Below are positions 51,719-62,730 of a stretch of 64,000 nucleotides of DNA, piece after piece; the stretch's first letter is position 1, and each line of letters opens with the position of its first letter. The notes below the pieces were generated by a model. The model was given only the letters and a program-made list of their open reading frames with translations, did not search any database and was not told where the DNA came from. The DNA comes from Candidatus Poribacteria bacterium. Its GTDB lineage: Bacteria; Poribacteria; WGA-4E; WGA-3G. A program made the position numbers and the translations under genes. The stretch covers positions 32,001-96,000 of the forward strand of contig CBDANF010000003.1 of NCBI GenBank assembly GCA_965197475.1, written 5' to 3'.

Positions 51719-53068
51719 ATGAAAATATCAAAACAACTTTCACGTCGAACATTTTTACGTGGCTTAGGTGTAACAATTTCCCTGCCGTGGTTAGAAGCGA
51801 TGGGGCCGCTAACAAGTTGGGCAACCGCAGCCACAAAAGGGGTAACAGGACAAATAACACCGAATCGGATGGCATTCCTTTATGCGCCCAACGGGAAAAT
51901 TATGGAGGATTGGACACCGAAACAGGTGGGAGCAAGCTTTGAGCTGACGGGCCTCTTAAAACCGCTTGAAAACGTAAAAGAGAAAATGTTGGTTCTCAGT
52001 GGGCTAACAGCTGATAAAGCACGTGCAAATGGTGATGGCGGTGGTGATCACGCAAGGGCAATGGCAGCCTTCCTTACAGGTGCGCAACCTCGGAAGACAA
52101 GCGGCACAGATATTCATGCAGGAATTTCTGTTGACCAGGCAGCAGCTTCACATATCGGCAATCAAACACGGTTGCCTTCTCTTGAACTTGGCATTGAACC
52201 CGGTTGGAGAGCAGGAAATTGCGACTCCGGTTATAGTTGTGTGTATTCATCAACGCTGTCATGGAAGTCTGCAACGCAACCACTCCCGAAAGAGGTTAAT
52301 CCGAAACTTGCTTTTGAACGCCTATTCACCACCGCACCTAACGCGCAAAAATTACAGCGCGATGAAGATCGAAAAAGCATTCTCGATTTTGTGAGACAGG
52401 ATTCAAAAGACCTAATCCGCCAAGTCAGTGGAAACGATGCTCGGAAACTTGATGAATACTTCTCTGCTATCCGAGAAATTGAAGTGAGAATTGAATCGGC
52501 TGAAAAGTTTCCGCCAATCGAAAACCTTGATTATGCTGCTCCGGAGAAAATTCCGGTGAATTTCCAAGAACATGTTCGTCTCATGTTAGATCTGATCACT
52601 CTTGCATTCCAGACAGATTCGACCCGAATTGTGACCTTTGTCCTATCAAATGAGGGTAGCAACAAGACATATCCGTCTATCAAAATTTCTGAAGGACACC
52701 ATAATCTGTCACATCATGGTGGTGATGAAACGAAAAAGGCAAAAATTCGCAAGATTAACGTTTTCCATACGCAGCAGCTCGCATACCTGCTGGAGAAACT
52801 TGATGCTATACCTGAAGGGGACGGTACGCTGCTTGACCATTCTATGATTTTATACGGTAGTGGAAACTCAGACGGTAATAGACACAGTCACCACGACCTT
52901 CCAATTCTATTAGCAGGCAACGGTTGTGGGACAATTAAAAGTGGACGACATATCCAGTATCCGAAGGAAACGCCGCTCAATAACCTTTGGCTTTCCATGC
53001 TCAACCGAATGGATGTTAATTTGGGACAAATAGGGGATAGCACAGGCAGTTTAGAAGGATTATCTTAA
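51719..53068 (+). CDS. DUF1552 (HXXSHH) Tat-exported protein
   Basis: LSRRTFLRG, CDSGYSCVY, HHNLSHH, DGTLLD, GNRHSH. Confidence 0.9.
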   Translation: MKISKQLSRRTFLRGLGVTISLPWLEAMGPLTSWATAATKGVTGQITPNRMAFLYAPNGKIMEDWTPKQVGASFELTGLLKPLENVKEKMLVLSGLTADKARANGDGGGDHARAMAAFLTGAQPRKTSGTDIHAGISVDQAAASHIGNQTRLPSLELGIEPGWRAGNCDSGYSCVYSSTLSWKSATQPLPKEVNPKLAFERLFTTAPNAQKLQRDEDRKSILDFVRQDSKDLIRQVSGNDARKLDEYFSAIREIEVRIESAEKFPPIENLDYAAPEKIPVNFQEHVRLMLDLITLAFQTDSTRIVTFVLSNEGSNKTYPSIKISEGHHNLSHHGGDETKKAKIRKINVFHTQQLAYLLEKLDAIPEGDGTLLDHSMILYGSGNSDGNRHSHHDLPILLAGNGCGTIKSGRHIQYPKETPLNNLWLSMLNRMDVNLGQIGDSTGSLEGLS

Positions 53069-53122
53069 ATCCCAAGCATGTGTGTCAATTAAGAACAGAT
53101 TTACACGCTCAATCCCAGATCG

Positions 53123-53146
53123 GTAGGTGCGGTTTCTAACCGCACC
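53123..53146 (+). repeat. GTAG-type REP
   Basis: GTAGGTGCGGTTTCTAACCGCACC; related inverted copy at 43867-43890. Confidence 0.7.
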
Positions 53147-53216
53147 GATCATTCCAAAATCCGAAGCATACACACCTATTAACAAAGCAAATAAATTTTA
53201 TCTGAAGTCTTACAAG

Positions 53217-54812
53217 TTAATGGTCGCTCGTTTTTGCTTTGCCGTAACCTCCACCGCCTGGGGTTTCAATCTGAATAATATCGCCTTCGCGCGCAGGAAC
53301 GGTGGCTTTGCCAGCAAGGGAATGTTCCTCCCCATCACGGATGAGGACGTTACGTCCACACTGTCCACCTTCACCGCCTTGTAAGCCGTAAGGACTAAAC
53401 ACTCGGCGTTCCGATAGAATTGTAACCTCTGCATCTGTCAGGATACGTAACGCACGTACAACCCCAGCCCCACCTCGGAATTCACCTGCCCCACCAGTCC
53501 CATGACGGATCGCATACTGTTCCACTTGCATCGGGTAATTCGTCTCAATTGCTTCTATAGGTGTATTCATTGTGTTGGTCATGTGGGTATGGATAGCATC
53601 AATCCCGTCACAAGTAGGACGCGCGCCCATACCGCCAGCGATGGTTTCATAATAGGTAAAATCTTTTCCCCGCGAAACATCATGTCCACCTATTGTGATG
53701 TTACTCATTGACCCGCAACTTGCAGCAGGAATTCGGTCCGAGCAAGCTTCCGCTAATGCACCGAAAAGCACATCAACGATTCGCTGTGAGGTTTCAACGT
53801 TTCCACCGGCGACCGCAGCAGGGAATTTCGCGTTGATAACGGTTCCTTCAGGCGCGATAATTTGGATCGGTTCTAAACACCCCGCATTGGAAGGCACATC
53901 AACACCTGCAACACATCGGAAAGTGTAAAAAACTGCAGACACCGTGATGGCGTAAATGGCATTAACAGAGCCTTTCACCTGCTTGGAAGTGCCGGTAAAA
54001 TCAACGATAGCCGTATCGTCTTTTATTTCAATGGCAACCTTGATTTCAATCGGTTCATCCGTAATTCCATCATTGTCTAAAAAATCTAAATATGTATAGA
54101 TACCATCAGGAATCTCGCGAAGTAGCGCACGCACCATTCGACTGGAATAGGTACAAAGTTCCTGCATATACAACTCAATTTCCGAAATACCGTATTTGGC
54201 TACTATCTCCTGTAATCGGCGTTCGCCGATGCGGTTTGCGGCAAGTTGTGCTTCCAGGTCACCACGACGTTCAGTTGGCGTGCGTACGTTTGCAAGGATA
54301 AGCTCCCACAGATCGGTGTCTAATTGTCCGCCTCGGATAAGTTTAACAGGTGGAATGCGGATACCTTCCTGAATTACACTCGTAGCTAAAGGCATGGAGC
54401 CGGGGGTCATCCCGCCGACATCAGCATGATGTGCACGGTTCGCAACAAAAAAGTTAGGGTTACTTGCAGACGCTTCTCCGAATACGGGGGCAACCAAAGT
54501 GATATCAGGAAGATGTGTTCCTCCACGATACGGATCATTAAGCACGATCACATCACCCTGTTTCATTTTGGTATGTTCAATTGCTGCTAACACAGAAAGC
54601 GGCATGGAACCGAGATGGACTGGAATATGTGCAGCTTGTGCTACCATCTGCCCGGCTGCATCAAATACTGCGCATGAAAAATCAAGTCGTTCTTTGATGT
54701 TCGGTGAAAAGGCAGTACGTTGTAGCGTAACACCCATCTCTTCTGCCACTGAGGTGAGTATATTCTTGTAAAGTTCTAATTTGATAGGATCAAAGTTCAT
54801 TGGATGTGGCAT
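53217..54812 (-). CDS. hydantoinase B / 5-oxoprolinase family
   Basis: SPNIKERLDFSCA, NDPYRGGTHLPD, HHADVGG, ETPGGGGYG. Confidence 0.93.
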   Translation of the reverse strand: MPHPMNFDPIKLELYKNILTSVAEEMGVTLQRTAFSPNIKERLDFSCAVFDAAGQMVAQAAHIPVHLGSMPLSVLAAIEHTKMKQGDVIVLNDPYRGGTHLPDITLVAPVFGEASASNPNFFVANRAHHADVGGMTPGSMPLATSVIQEGIRIPPVKLIRGGQLDTDLWELILANVRTPTERRGDLEAQLAANRIGERRLQEIVAKYGISEIELYMQELCTYSSRMVRALLREIPDGIYTYLDFLDNDGITDEPIEIKVAIEIKDDTAIVDFTGTSKQVKGSVNAIYAITVSAVFYTFRCVAGVDVPSNAGCLEPIQIIAPEGTVINAKFPAAVAGGNVETSQRIVDVLFGALAEACSDRIPAASCGSMSNITIGGHDVSRGKDFTYYETIAGGMGARPTCDGIDAIHTHMTNTMNTPIEAIETNYPMQVEQYAIRHGTGGAGEFRGGAGVVRALRILTDAEVTILSERRVFSPYGLQGGEGGQCGRNVLIRDGEEHSLAGKATVPAREGDIIQIETPGGGGYGKAKTSDH

Positions 54813-55662
54813 TGCACCTTCGGTGTTCAATTTTCTGAATTTTCTATCTTCTGACAGATGTTTGACATCAAAGACCAATTGTTCTTCATAAGTTCTACCA
54901 TTTCTGAATGATCGTTTTTCATTAATAAAAACGCGTTTGTAGTCGCGCAATTCACGCGCCTCTTACACTCACCTTCGTCCGAGTTTCAAAATCTCATAAT
55001 ATCTCATAGATGCGATTTTATTTTCAGAATTGGTATTAGTTGCATTTTAACATTTTTTTTTGTAACATACAAGAAAAATCAATATAATGTCTATTGAATT
55101 TCTATATGTGATATGGTATACTTCTCTTGGGACAATTTCATTCTGTCAGGACTTACGACCATGTGTTAAATATGGTTTGTCCGCCCTCTTGCATTTCTAA
55201 ATTCTGTTGGAAATCACTTTATTTTAGAAATTATTTTAAAATAATCGTAAAAAAGATGTAAATTTGATCAGTTTCAGGTAGAGTCTTCAAGTATTTTCCG
55301 ATTTTTCTTTGAGTATTGTCTCGGATCGTAACTTGCAGAAAAATATTCTTGAAAGTGCGAAAAGGTTGAAATTGTTATGCTTGAAGAGAGATTTAAAATC
55401 TGATAACATATCTTCTAAGTGGAAAAGAAGATCCATTTCTAAATATCCTTTCATAGGTTATAGTTTCTGAAAGGAGAACCTCTTTTCTACTTTTTGTCTC
55501 TAAAAAAATGAAAATTGTCCAAACTATAGTATAGTCACGTTATAAGGGAATAAGTTTAAAGTCTGCAAAAATTATGAGGTTTTGGTTAGGGGATTACTTC
55601 TACCGAATGTTTTTAGAAAAAACTATTTTGAGATAGGTTTTATTAAAAGGGGAGTAAAAAAA

Positions 55663-58600
55663 GTGAAAGTATTGAAAAGTTTTATAACAATCAGTTTTCT
55701 ATTAATATTGATTTTGGGTTTTCAAAATGTTAATGCACAAGAGGATATCGCGCAACAGGCATACACGTTATTTGAGCAATACTGCTCGGGCTGTCATGGA
55801 GAATCTGGTGATTATAAGGATAGTCTCCTGCTTGATCGCACCGCGCTTGTTGATACTATGGTCGTTATTCCGGATGATCCAGAAAACTCAGAATTCTATA
55901 AGCGTCTACTTGGATCTACCGACAATGGTGCGCAAATGCCGTTCAATGCAGACCCGCTGTCACCTGATGCAATTGCCACAATTCGAAGCTGGATTGAAGC
56001 GGGGGCACCGGATTGGGTGTCCCAAGATGAGCCTGACCTCAACTTCATTACAACCGATACGATATTTGATACAATCAATACACATCTGGAAACGCTTGCA
56101 CTGTCTCAACGTCCCTATGCGCGATATTTTACATTGACACATCTTTACAATGCGGGTGAAAATCCAGAGACACTCAGGGACTATCGGATTGCGCTCTCAA
56201 AACTGGTAAATAGTCTCTCCTGGGGAGGTTTAGTTACCAATCCGAAACCGATTGACATGGAAGAGACAATCTTTTACATTGATCTGCAGCATTATAATTG
56301 GGATGTCGGAACTGACCGGTGGACGCAAATTGAGCAGGTATATCCGTATAATATTGAGTTTAATCCCGATACACAAGCAAGTTTGCTTGAAAAACTGACA
56401 AGTTTACGTACAAAAATGGAATGTCAAGTGCCGTTTGTCCATGTGGATTGGTTCCTTGCGACTGCGTCCTTACCACCACTTTACAACGACATCCTTGATC
56501 TTCCTGAGACAGCCCGTGAGTTGGAGGACAAACTTGGTGTAGATGTTGCCGGAAATATCCAAAATGCGGCAGGGACTCGTGTCTGGCGTGCGGGGTTCAA
56601 CGACTCTGGCGTGTCAAACCACAATCGGGTTGTTGAACGGCACACATCAAATAATGGTGCGTATTGGAAAAGCTACGACTTTGCAGGAAGTGCAGGAACA
56701 AAGAATATCTTTACATATCCGCTTTCATTCACACACGATGGTGGGGAGATTATCTTCAACCTACCGAACGGATTGCAGGCATATTATCTTGTAGATGCCG
56801 CAGGCAACAGGCTTGATGTGGCACCGACAGATATTGTTTCCAATCCTGCTGCGAATGATCCCGCTGTGTACAATGGTCTTTCATGCATCGGGTGCCATAC
56901 AAAAGGGATGAGGACATTTGAAGATCAGGTGCGTGCTGTTATTGAAAAGACTGAAAACCCGCCTTTTGACAAAGTGAAGGCGTTACGTCTCTATCCGGAA
57001 CAATCGATACTTGATGCACTGCTGCAAAAAGATACCGACAAATTCCAGCAGGCACTTGTAGAAATAGGCGGTCCGTTTGAAGATGATGAATCAAGAGATC
57101 AATTTCTTGAGGAATTTGAATATGAACCGGTCCAGCGGTTCCATGAAGCGTTTCATGGTACGGTTGACGCAGCACACGCTGCAGCCGCTGTTGGCTTAGA
57201 AACAGAGGAATTCCTTGACAAGATACTTGATAATACGCGTTTACAGGACTTAGGCTTATTAGTGCTGATAGGTGAAGACGGGAGCATAAAACGGGATGCG
57301 TGGACTTCTAACTTTGACGAAGTGATTTCTGTGCTATATCCCGATAAAGACGATCCTGAAATAGACCGTCCTCTGGATCCTCTCACCGGGGATGTTTATA
57401 TCCCTGATGTTAGTCTTCGAGCTGCAATTGAAGAGATACTCAATAAAGCACCCGGTGACACAATTACAGCAGCGGATATGGAGAAGGTGACGCGTATTGA
57501 AGCGGACAACAGAGGGATTAGCGACTTGACCGGACTTCAGTATGCAACAAAGCTGGAACGGATAGAATTTCGCCACAACTCAATATCAGACTTATCCCCG
57601 TTGGCGGGTTTAACCCAACTGAATAACATCAAGCTGCGCGGTAACCAGATAACAGACATTACCCCATTGGAAAACTTAAACCGAGTGGATTGGCTCGGGC
57701 TTGAAGGGAATCAGATAATCGATCTATCCCCACTGAAGAGCTTGACAAGATTGGAGGGCATAGGTATTTCTGGCAATCCGGTGGAGGACGTGTCACCTCT
57801 TTCGGAATTAAAGAGCTTAGAGCGGATAGACGCTTGGCGCACCCCCACAAAGGATTTCTCCGCGTTACATTCTTTACGGAGACTGTCCTGGATAGAATAT
57901 GGCAACGATAAATTGATAACTGAGCTACCATCTCTGGAAGGATTAGAATCTTTGACGCGGTTGGTAATTCACGGCTGTAGTATTTCAGATCTTTCCGCAC
58001 TGTCGGAATTAATGCAGTTGGAATGGTTAGAATTAGTAAACAACTCTATAGAAGGTGAAGCTCTCTCAGATCTGAAAAATCTAAAGAATTTGACAACGCT
58101 GAATCTCGATGCCAATCTCATATCGGATGTATCAGGGCTCTCAGAGTTAACCAATTTGGAGGTGTTGTATCTTGAAAACAATCTTATACAAGACGTATCC
58201 GCGCTCAGCAAGTTAAGCAACTTGGAACGGTTGGACCTTCGCAACAATGCGATATCCGACTTTTCACCTTTAGACAGTTTATCCGAGAATACTTTTGTGC
58301 GAATGGTCGGAAATCCGGGTTTTCCCGCTGGTGGTCCGAAAATAACGGGACCGTGGTTATGGGTGATCGTTCCAGGGGATAAATTGGCGGATGGCACAGA
58401 TTTTCTGGCTAAAGCAACTTCAGGTGCAGCTACAGAAATTAAGGTTGCTACCAACGGTGCCGCAGCCGGAAAAGCTGTTGGAGACAACACATGGACATGG
58501 CACACCCTTTCCGCTTTCGGTGGGAACAACATCAATGAAATGACAGAATCACTCGGTTGGGGAACAGGTCGAGAAATATATGATCATATCGTCTACGGCT

Positions 58601-59913
58601 CAGTCGTCCTGGATTCTCCGAGCGAACAGCAGACAAGGATGCTCGTCGGGAGCGATGATGCTGTCAAGGTTTGGCTCAACGGTGAGTTGGTTCATGAAGC
58701 CTACGGTACACGTGGAGCAGCTGACTACGCATATTTCTTTGATGTTACACTGAAACAAGGAAAAAATGTCTTGTTAGTTGCTGTTGACAACCATGGACAT
58801 GGGGGTTTTGCTGGTCATTTTGGTTTTGCAAGTGACGCGAAATATACGGTATTTCGTCCAGGTACCAGATTCTTATTTGCCACAGAGGCTACAAGTTTTG
58901 AGATTGATGATACGTTTACGCTGCATCTAAATACAGAAAATGTGAAAAATTTAGCTGGGTGGCAAGCCGACCTTGTGTTTAATCCTGATGTACTTGAGGC
59001 TATTGAGGTGAGCGAGGGTGATTTCCTGATGTCAGAGGACGAGGAAACCCGCTTTAATGGTGGCACAATTGATAACGAAACCGGTAGAATCACTGGTATA
59101 AATGCCTTACGATTCGACAGTGGGGTCAGTGGAAAAGGCACATTGTGTTCAGTGAGTTTCACTGTTAAGGGACCTGGCGAGTGCCGATTGACACTGGAAA
59201 ATTTTGAGGCAGGTTCCCGCGGCAGTCAGCCAATTCCTGCTACTCCACCAGAGTATGTCATCATTGTGGAAGGAGAGGAACCTACCAGACCGGCATGGGA
59301 TGTAGATCAGGATGGAGAAGTGGACATTTTTGATCTGCTTCAAGTGGCACAGTCCTTAGACACCGATGTATCTGTTAACCCGCAAGCTGACGTAAACGGC
59401 GATGGGTCTATTGATATCTTTGACCTCATCACTGTAGCACAGAATTTCGGTGAATCAACCGCATCCGCTCCTATCTCTGTCGCAATGGACACCGAAGAAC
59501 TCACGCCTGCGATGATACGGGCATGGATAAAACAGGCACAGGTTGAAGATGACGGTTCTATCGCTTTCCGACAAGGTATAGCAAATCTCCAGAAACTTTT
59601 GGAGAGTGTGACGGTGCCAAAGAAAACGGTGTTGCTTGCCAACTATCCGAATCCGTTCAATCCGGAGACGTGGATACCGTATCACCTTGCGAAACCTACG
59701 GCGGTCAATTTGACTATCTACGCTGCCAACGGAACAGTGATTAGGACATTGGTGTTAGGACATCAGGCTGCTGGCATTTATCAGAGTCGTGGTCGTGCAG
59801 CATATTGGGATGGGAAAAATGAGGTAGGCGAATCTGTCGCGAGCGGTGTCTATTTTTATACGTTCACTACAGGAGATTTCGCTGCTACCCGCAAAATGTT
59901 GTTGATGAAATAA
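55663..59913 (+). CDS. secreted multidomain protein: two CxxCH heme sites, internalin-like LRRs, beta-sandwich, cohesin, dockerin, FlgD/T9SS-like tail
   Basis: CSGCH, CIGCH, LxxLxLxxNxIxDLxPL repeats, GSDDAVKVWLNG, LAGWQADLVFNP, DVNGDG, NYPNPFNPETW. Ends AAA TAA. Confidence 0.85.
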   Translation: MKVLKSFITISFLLILILGFQNVNAQEDIAQQAYTLFEQYCSGCHGESGDYKDSLLLDRTALVDTMVVIPDDPENSEFYKRLLGSTDNGAQMPFNADPLSPDAIATIRSWIEAGAPDWVSQDEPDLNFITTDTIFDTINTHLETLALSQRPYARYFTLTHLYNAGENPETLRDYRIALSKLVNSLSWGGLVTNPKPIDMEETIFYIDLQHYNWDVGTDRWTQIEQVYPYNIEFNPDTQASLLEKLTSLRTKMECQVPFVHVDWFLATASLPPLYNDILDLPETARELEDKLGVDVAGNIQNAAGTRVWRAGFNDSGVSNHNRVVERHTSNNGAYWKSYDFAGSAGTKNIFTYPLSFTHDGGEIIFNLPNGLQAYYLVDAAGNRLDVAPTDIVSNPAANDPAVYNGLSCIGCHTKGMRTFEDQVRAVIEKTENPPFDKVKALRLYPEQSILDALLQKDTDKFQQALVEIGGPFEDDESRDQFLEEFEYEPVQRFHEAFHGTVDAAHAAAAVGLETEEFLDKILDNTRLQDLGLLVLIGEDGSIKRDAWTSNFDEVISVLYPDKDDPEIDRPLDPLTGDVYIPDVSLRAAIEEILNKAPGDTITAADMEKVTRIEADNRGISDLTGLQYATKLERIEFRHNSISDLSPLAGLTQLNNIKLRGNQITDITPLENLNRVDWLGLEGNQIIDLSPLKSLTRLEGIGISGNPVEDVSPLSELKSLERIDAWRTPTKDFSALHSLRRLSWIEYGNDKLITELPSLEGLESLTRLVIHGCSISDLSALSELMQLEWLELVNNSIEGEALSDLKNLKNLTTLNLDANLISDVSGLSELTNLEVLYLENNLIQDVSALSKLSNLERLDLRNNAISDFSPLDSLSENTFVRMVGNPGFPAGGPKITGPWLWVIVPGDKLADGTDFLAKATSGAATEIKVATNGAAAGKAVGDNTWTWHTLSAFGGNNINEMTESLGWGTGREIYDHIVYGSVVLDSPSEQQTRMLVGSDDAVKVWLNGELVHEAYGTRGAADYAYFFDVTLKQGKNVLLVAVDNHGHGGFAGHFGFASDAKYTVFRPGTRFLFATEATSFEIDDTFTLHLNTENVKNLAGWQADLVFNPDVLEAIEVSEGDFLMSEDEETRFNGGTIDNETGRITGINALRFDSGVSGKGTLCSVSFTVKGPGECRLTLENFEAGSRGSQPIPATPPEYVIIVEGEEPTRPAWDVDQDGEVDIFDLLQVAQSLDTDVSVNPQADVNGDGSIDIFDLITVAQNFGESTASAPISVAMDTEELTPAMIRAWIKQAQVEDDGSIAFRQGIANLQKLLESVTVPKKTVLLANYPNPFNPETWIPYHLAKPTAVNLTIYAANGTVIRTLVLGHQAAGIYQSRGRAAYWDGKNEVGESVASGVYFYTFTTGDFAATRKMLLMK

Positions 59914-59967
59914 TTTTATGGCGCGCTGACAAAGCGCGCCTAATCTTAAGATCAGGAGATAGAACGA

Positions 59968-62120
59968 ATGCTACGAACGAAATTATTCATATCTATATTT
60001 ACGCTTTTAACACTACTTTTCATCATTCCGTTGGGGCATTGGCACAAGGTGTTAACATTCCCGACCCGAACCTGCGGGCTACTATTGAAGAAGCACTCGG
60101 TAAAACACCGGGTGTCCTGATTACAGAAAATGAGATGGCAACGCTGGTAGACCTTGCAGCGCGTGACAAAGAGATTAAAGATTTAACAGGACTCGCGTTG
60201 GCAATAAATCTACAAGACCTCAACCTTCGCAACAACCTGATAGATGACATATCCGAACTGACAGGATTGGAGCGACTCAATAGTGTTGACTTGGGTGCAA
60301 ACGTTATAGAGGATATTTCACCGCTCAAGGGTAAAATCATCATGAGATCTCTAGTAATTGACAATACTTTCGTATCCAATCTTGAATCTTTGGAAGGATT
60401 AATCAACTTGGCATATCTAGATATTTCGCATAATGACTTGATTGAAGACCTATCCCCCCTTGGGAATTTAAAAAGGCTGAGGGAATTAGTGATGCATAAC
60501 CTGAAGGGATTGGCGATATCTAATAATAAAGCAGCTGACCTATCCCCCCTTGCAGGATTAATTAGTCTGATAAATTTTCACTCATTTGGCACCTCTATAT
60601 CAGACCTCACCCCCTTGGCAAGCCTACCTAAACTCAGGTTGATTAATATCCATAGCGCGGGAATAAGCGATCTTTCTCCGCTGGAGGGATTAACAGGTTT
60701 GAGAGAGCTATATCTCTTCAACAACAAAATAGAGAACATATCTCCGCTGGCAAGTTTAACAGGCTTGACCCGTTTGAGTCTAAGACATAACAAGGTCTCG
60801 GATGTATCTGCCCTTGCCGCGCTGCGTAATTTGAGATTTATAGATCTTGAAGACAATAAGATATCGGATTTTTCCAAATTGAATGTATTGCGTCTCGGCG
60901 GTACAACTATCCTTGGGAACAACAATCCTGGATTCATAATTGATGCCCCGAAAATCAAGGGTCCGTGGTTGTGGGTAATAGTACCAACTGAAGGAATGTC
61001 CGGGTCGGAAGCGGCAAAATCAAGCACAGATTTTTTGGCACAGGCAAGCGGTGGTACTATTACAGAAGAGATAGTTGCGACTCAAGGTGCTGTTGAAGGT
61101 GCTTCCGTTGGGAATAAGAAGTGGAAAGTTGGTGAACTTTCTCGAAGAGGTGGCAATAACATCAATGAACTTGTAAACGAGGTAGGACTCGGAATAGATG
61201 ATATAAATCATCATGTAGCATACGGTTCAATTATCTTGTCTTCTCCGCAGGAACAGCAGTCAAAGATGTTTGTCGGTAGTGGTGACGCTGTAAAGGTATG
61301 GCTCAACGGTGAATTAGTGCATAATAAAGCCGTAGATCGGGATGCCGACGATTATCAAGATACTGTTGGTGTTGTGCTGAAAAAGGGTGAAAATTTCTTG
61401 TTAGTTGCTGTCTATGAGGGCAAAGGGTGGTGGTCAGGTTTTTTTGGTCTTGACCCTGCCACGCAATTTACAGTCTCTCTACCGAATCCCAGGCTTCCGG
61501 TAGACCATCCAGCGGATGTGAATGGAGACGGAAAAGTGAGTATTCTTGATATGATTCAGGTAGCAAGGTCTTTTGGATTACTCAAACCTGGCGGTTCAAC
61601 TGCAGATGTAAACGGTGATGAAGTTGTTGACATCGACGACCTCATCTTTGTAGCACAACATATAGGCGATCTAACGGATAGTGATGCATCTGCCGCGTTC
61701 TCTCCCGCAATGATACAAGGTTGGATATCACTCGCCTGGGAGAGATACGATGGTTCAATCGAATTCCAGAAAGGAATAACGAACTTAGAAAATATCTTAA
61801 TATCTTTGAAGTCAAAGAAAACAGCAAAGAAAACAGTCCTATTTGCGAATTACCCTAACCCGTTTAATCCGGAGACATGGATACCTTACCAATTGGCAGC
61901 ACCTACTAAAGTAGTTTTGACTATCCATTCTGCAACGGGGTCAGTCGTGCGAACCTTGGCATTAGGATATCAGGCTGCGGGGGTATATAAAACTCGGAAC
62001 CGCGCTGCACACTGGGATGGGAAAAATGAGACCGGTGAATCTGTGGCGAGTGGAATCTATTTTTATACGCTAACAGCAGGAGATTTCACAGCAACGCGGA
62101 AGATGCTAATTCTTAAATAG
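59968..62120 (+). CDS. secreted LRR + dockerin + FlgD/T9SS-like tail protein; signal peptide out of frame
   Basis: AGGAG + ATG at 59968 encodes a signal peptide one base out of frame at a G4 run (60033-60036). The body has LRRs, DVNGDG and NYPNPFNPETW..TRKMLILK. Confidence 0.8.
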
Positions 62121-62556
62121 TATCAAATGACCATAGGATAGCTGGAAGGTTGATGTTTATTGGCTTCCCAGCGATCATTAATGAGTGGGTTGCGTTGGGA
62201 TCGCGAGCATCCTCTTTGAGAAATGATGCGTTTAGCGATAAACGTGTCTAAAGTATAGCAAAACCGGTAGTAGCAGATTTGTCCTGATGTCAGTCGCACA
62301 TCGGCGTGTTGATCAAAATAACTCGAAATCTGTTGATAGTAGGCTTCGGCAACGAGAGGCATCAGATTAAAGTCTGATGAAATCTTCTGAATAATAGCGG
62401 CTCTTGGATTCGGGTTCTCCGTTTGATACCGTAGGCGGTATCCATCTTGCGGTTCATATTGACCTCCATGAATAGAGTATCAGGGATCCGAGGACATCTA
62501 CTCGTTAGTTTAACCCATACTATTAGTTTGACTCATGGGGTCATTTGATACAAACT
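62119..62556 (-). mobile_element. 438-bp internally deleted (non-autonomous) copy of the DUF1670 element
   Basis: Same IRs (62120-62132, 62539-62551) and AT direct repeat (62117-18, 62557-58). Left end plus degraded orfA 5' part joined at about 62270 to the right end. Confidence 0.9.
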
Positions 62557-62730
62557 ATGAAGTCATATTGAGTAAAACATAAGGATGTGTTAAAATAGGG
62601 AAAGAGAAGGGTGGACTTTATGTCCCATTCTTTCTACTTCAGACACCTATTTGCTTTGAGTTCTTAGCTCTTACTCGCTATAAGTTCAATATTAAACAGC
62701 AGCGATGAATGGAGGTTGAAGAGAATTCCG

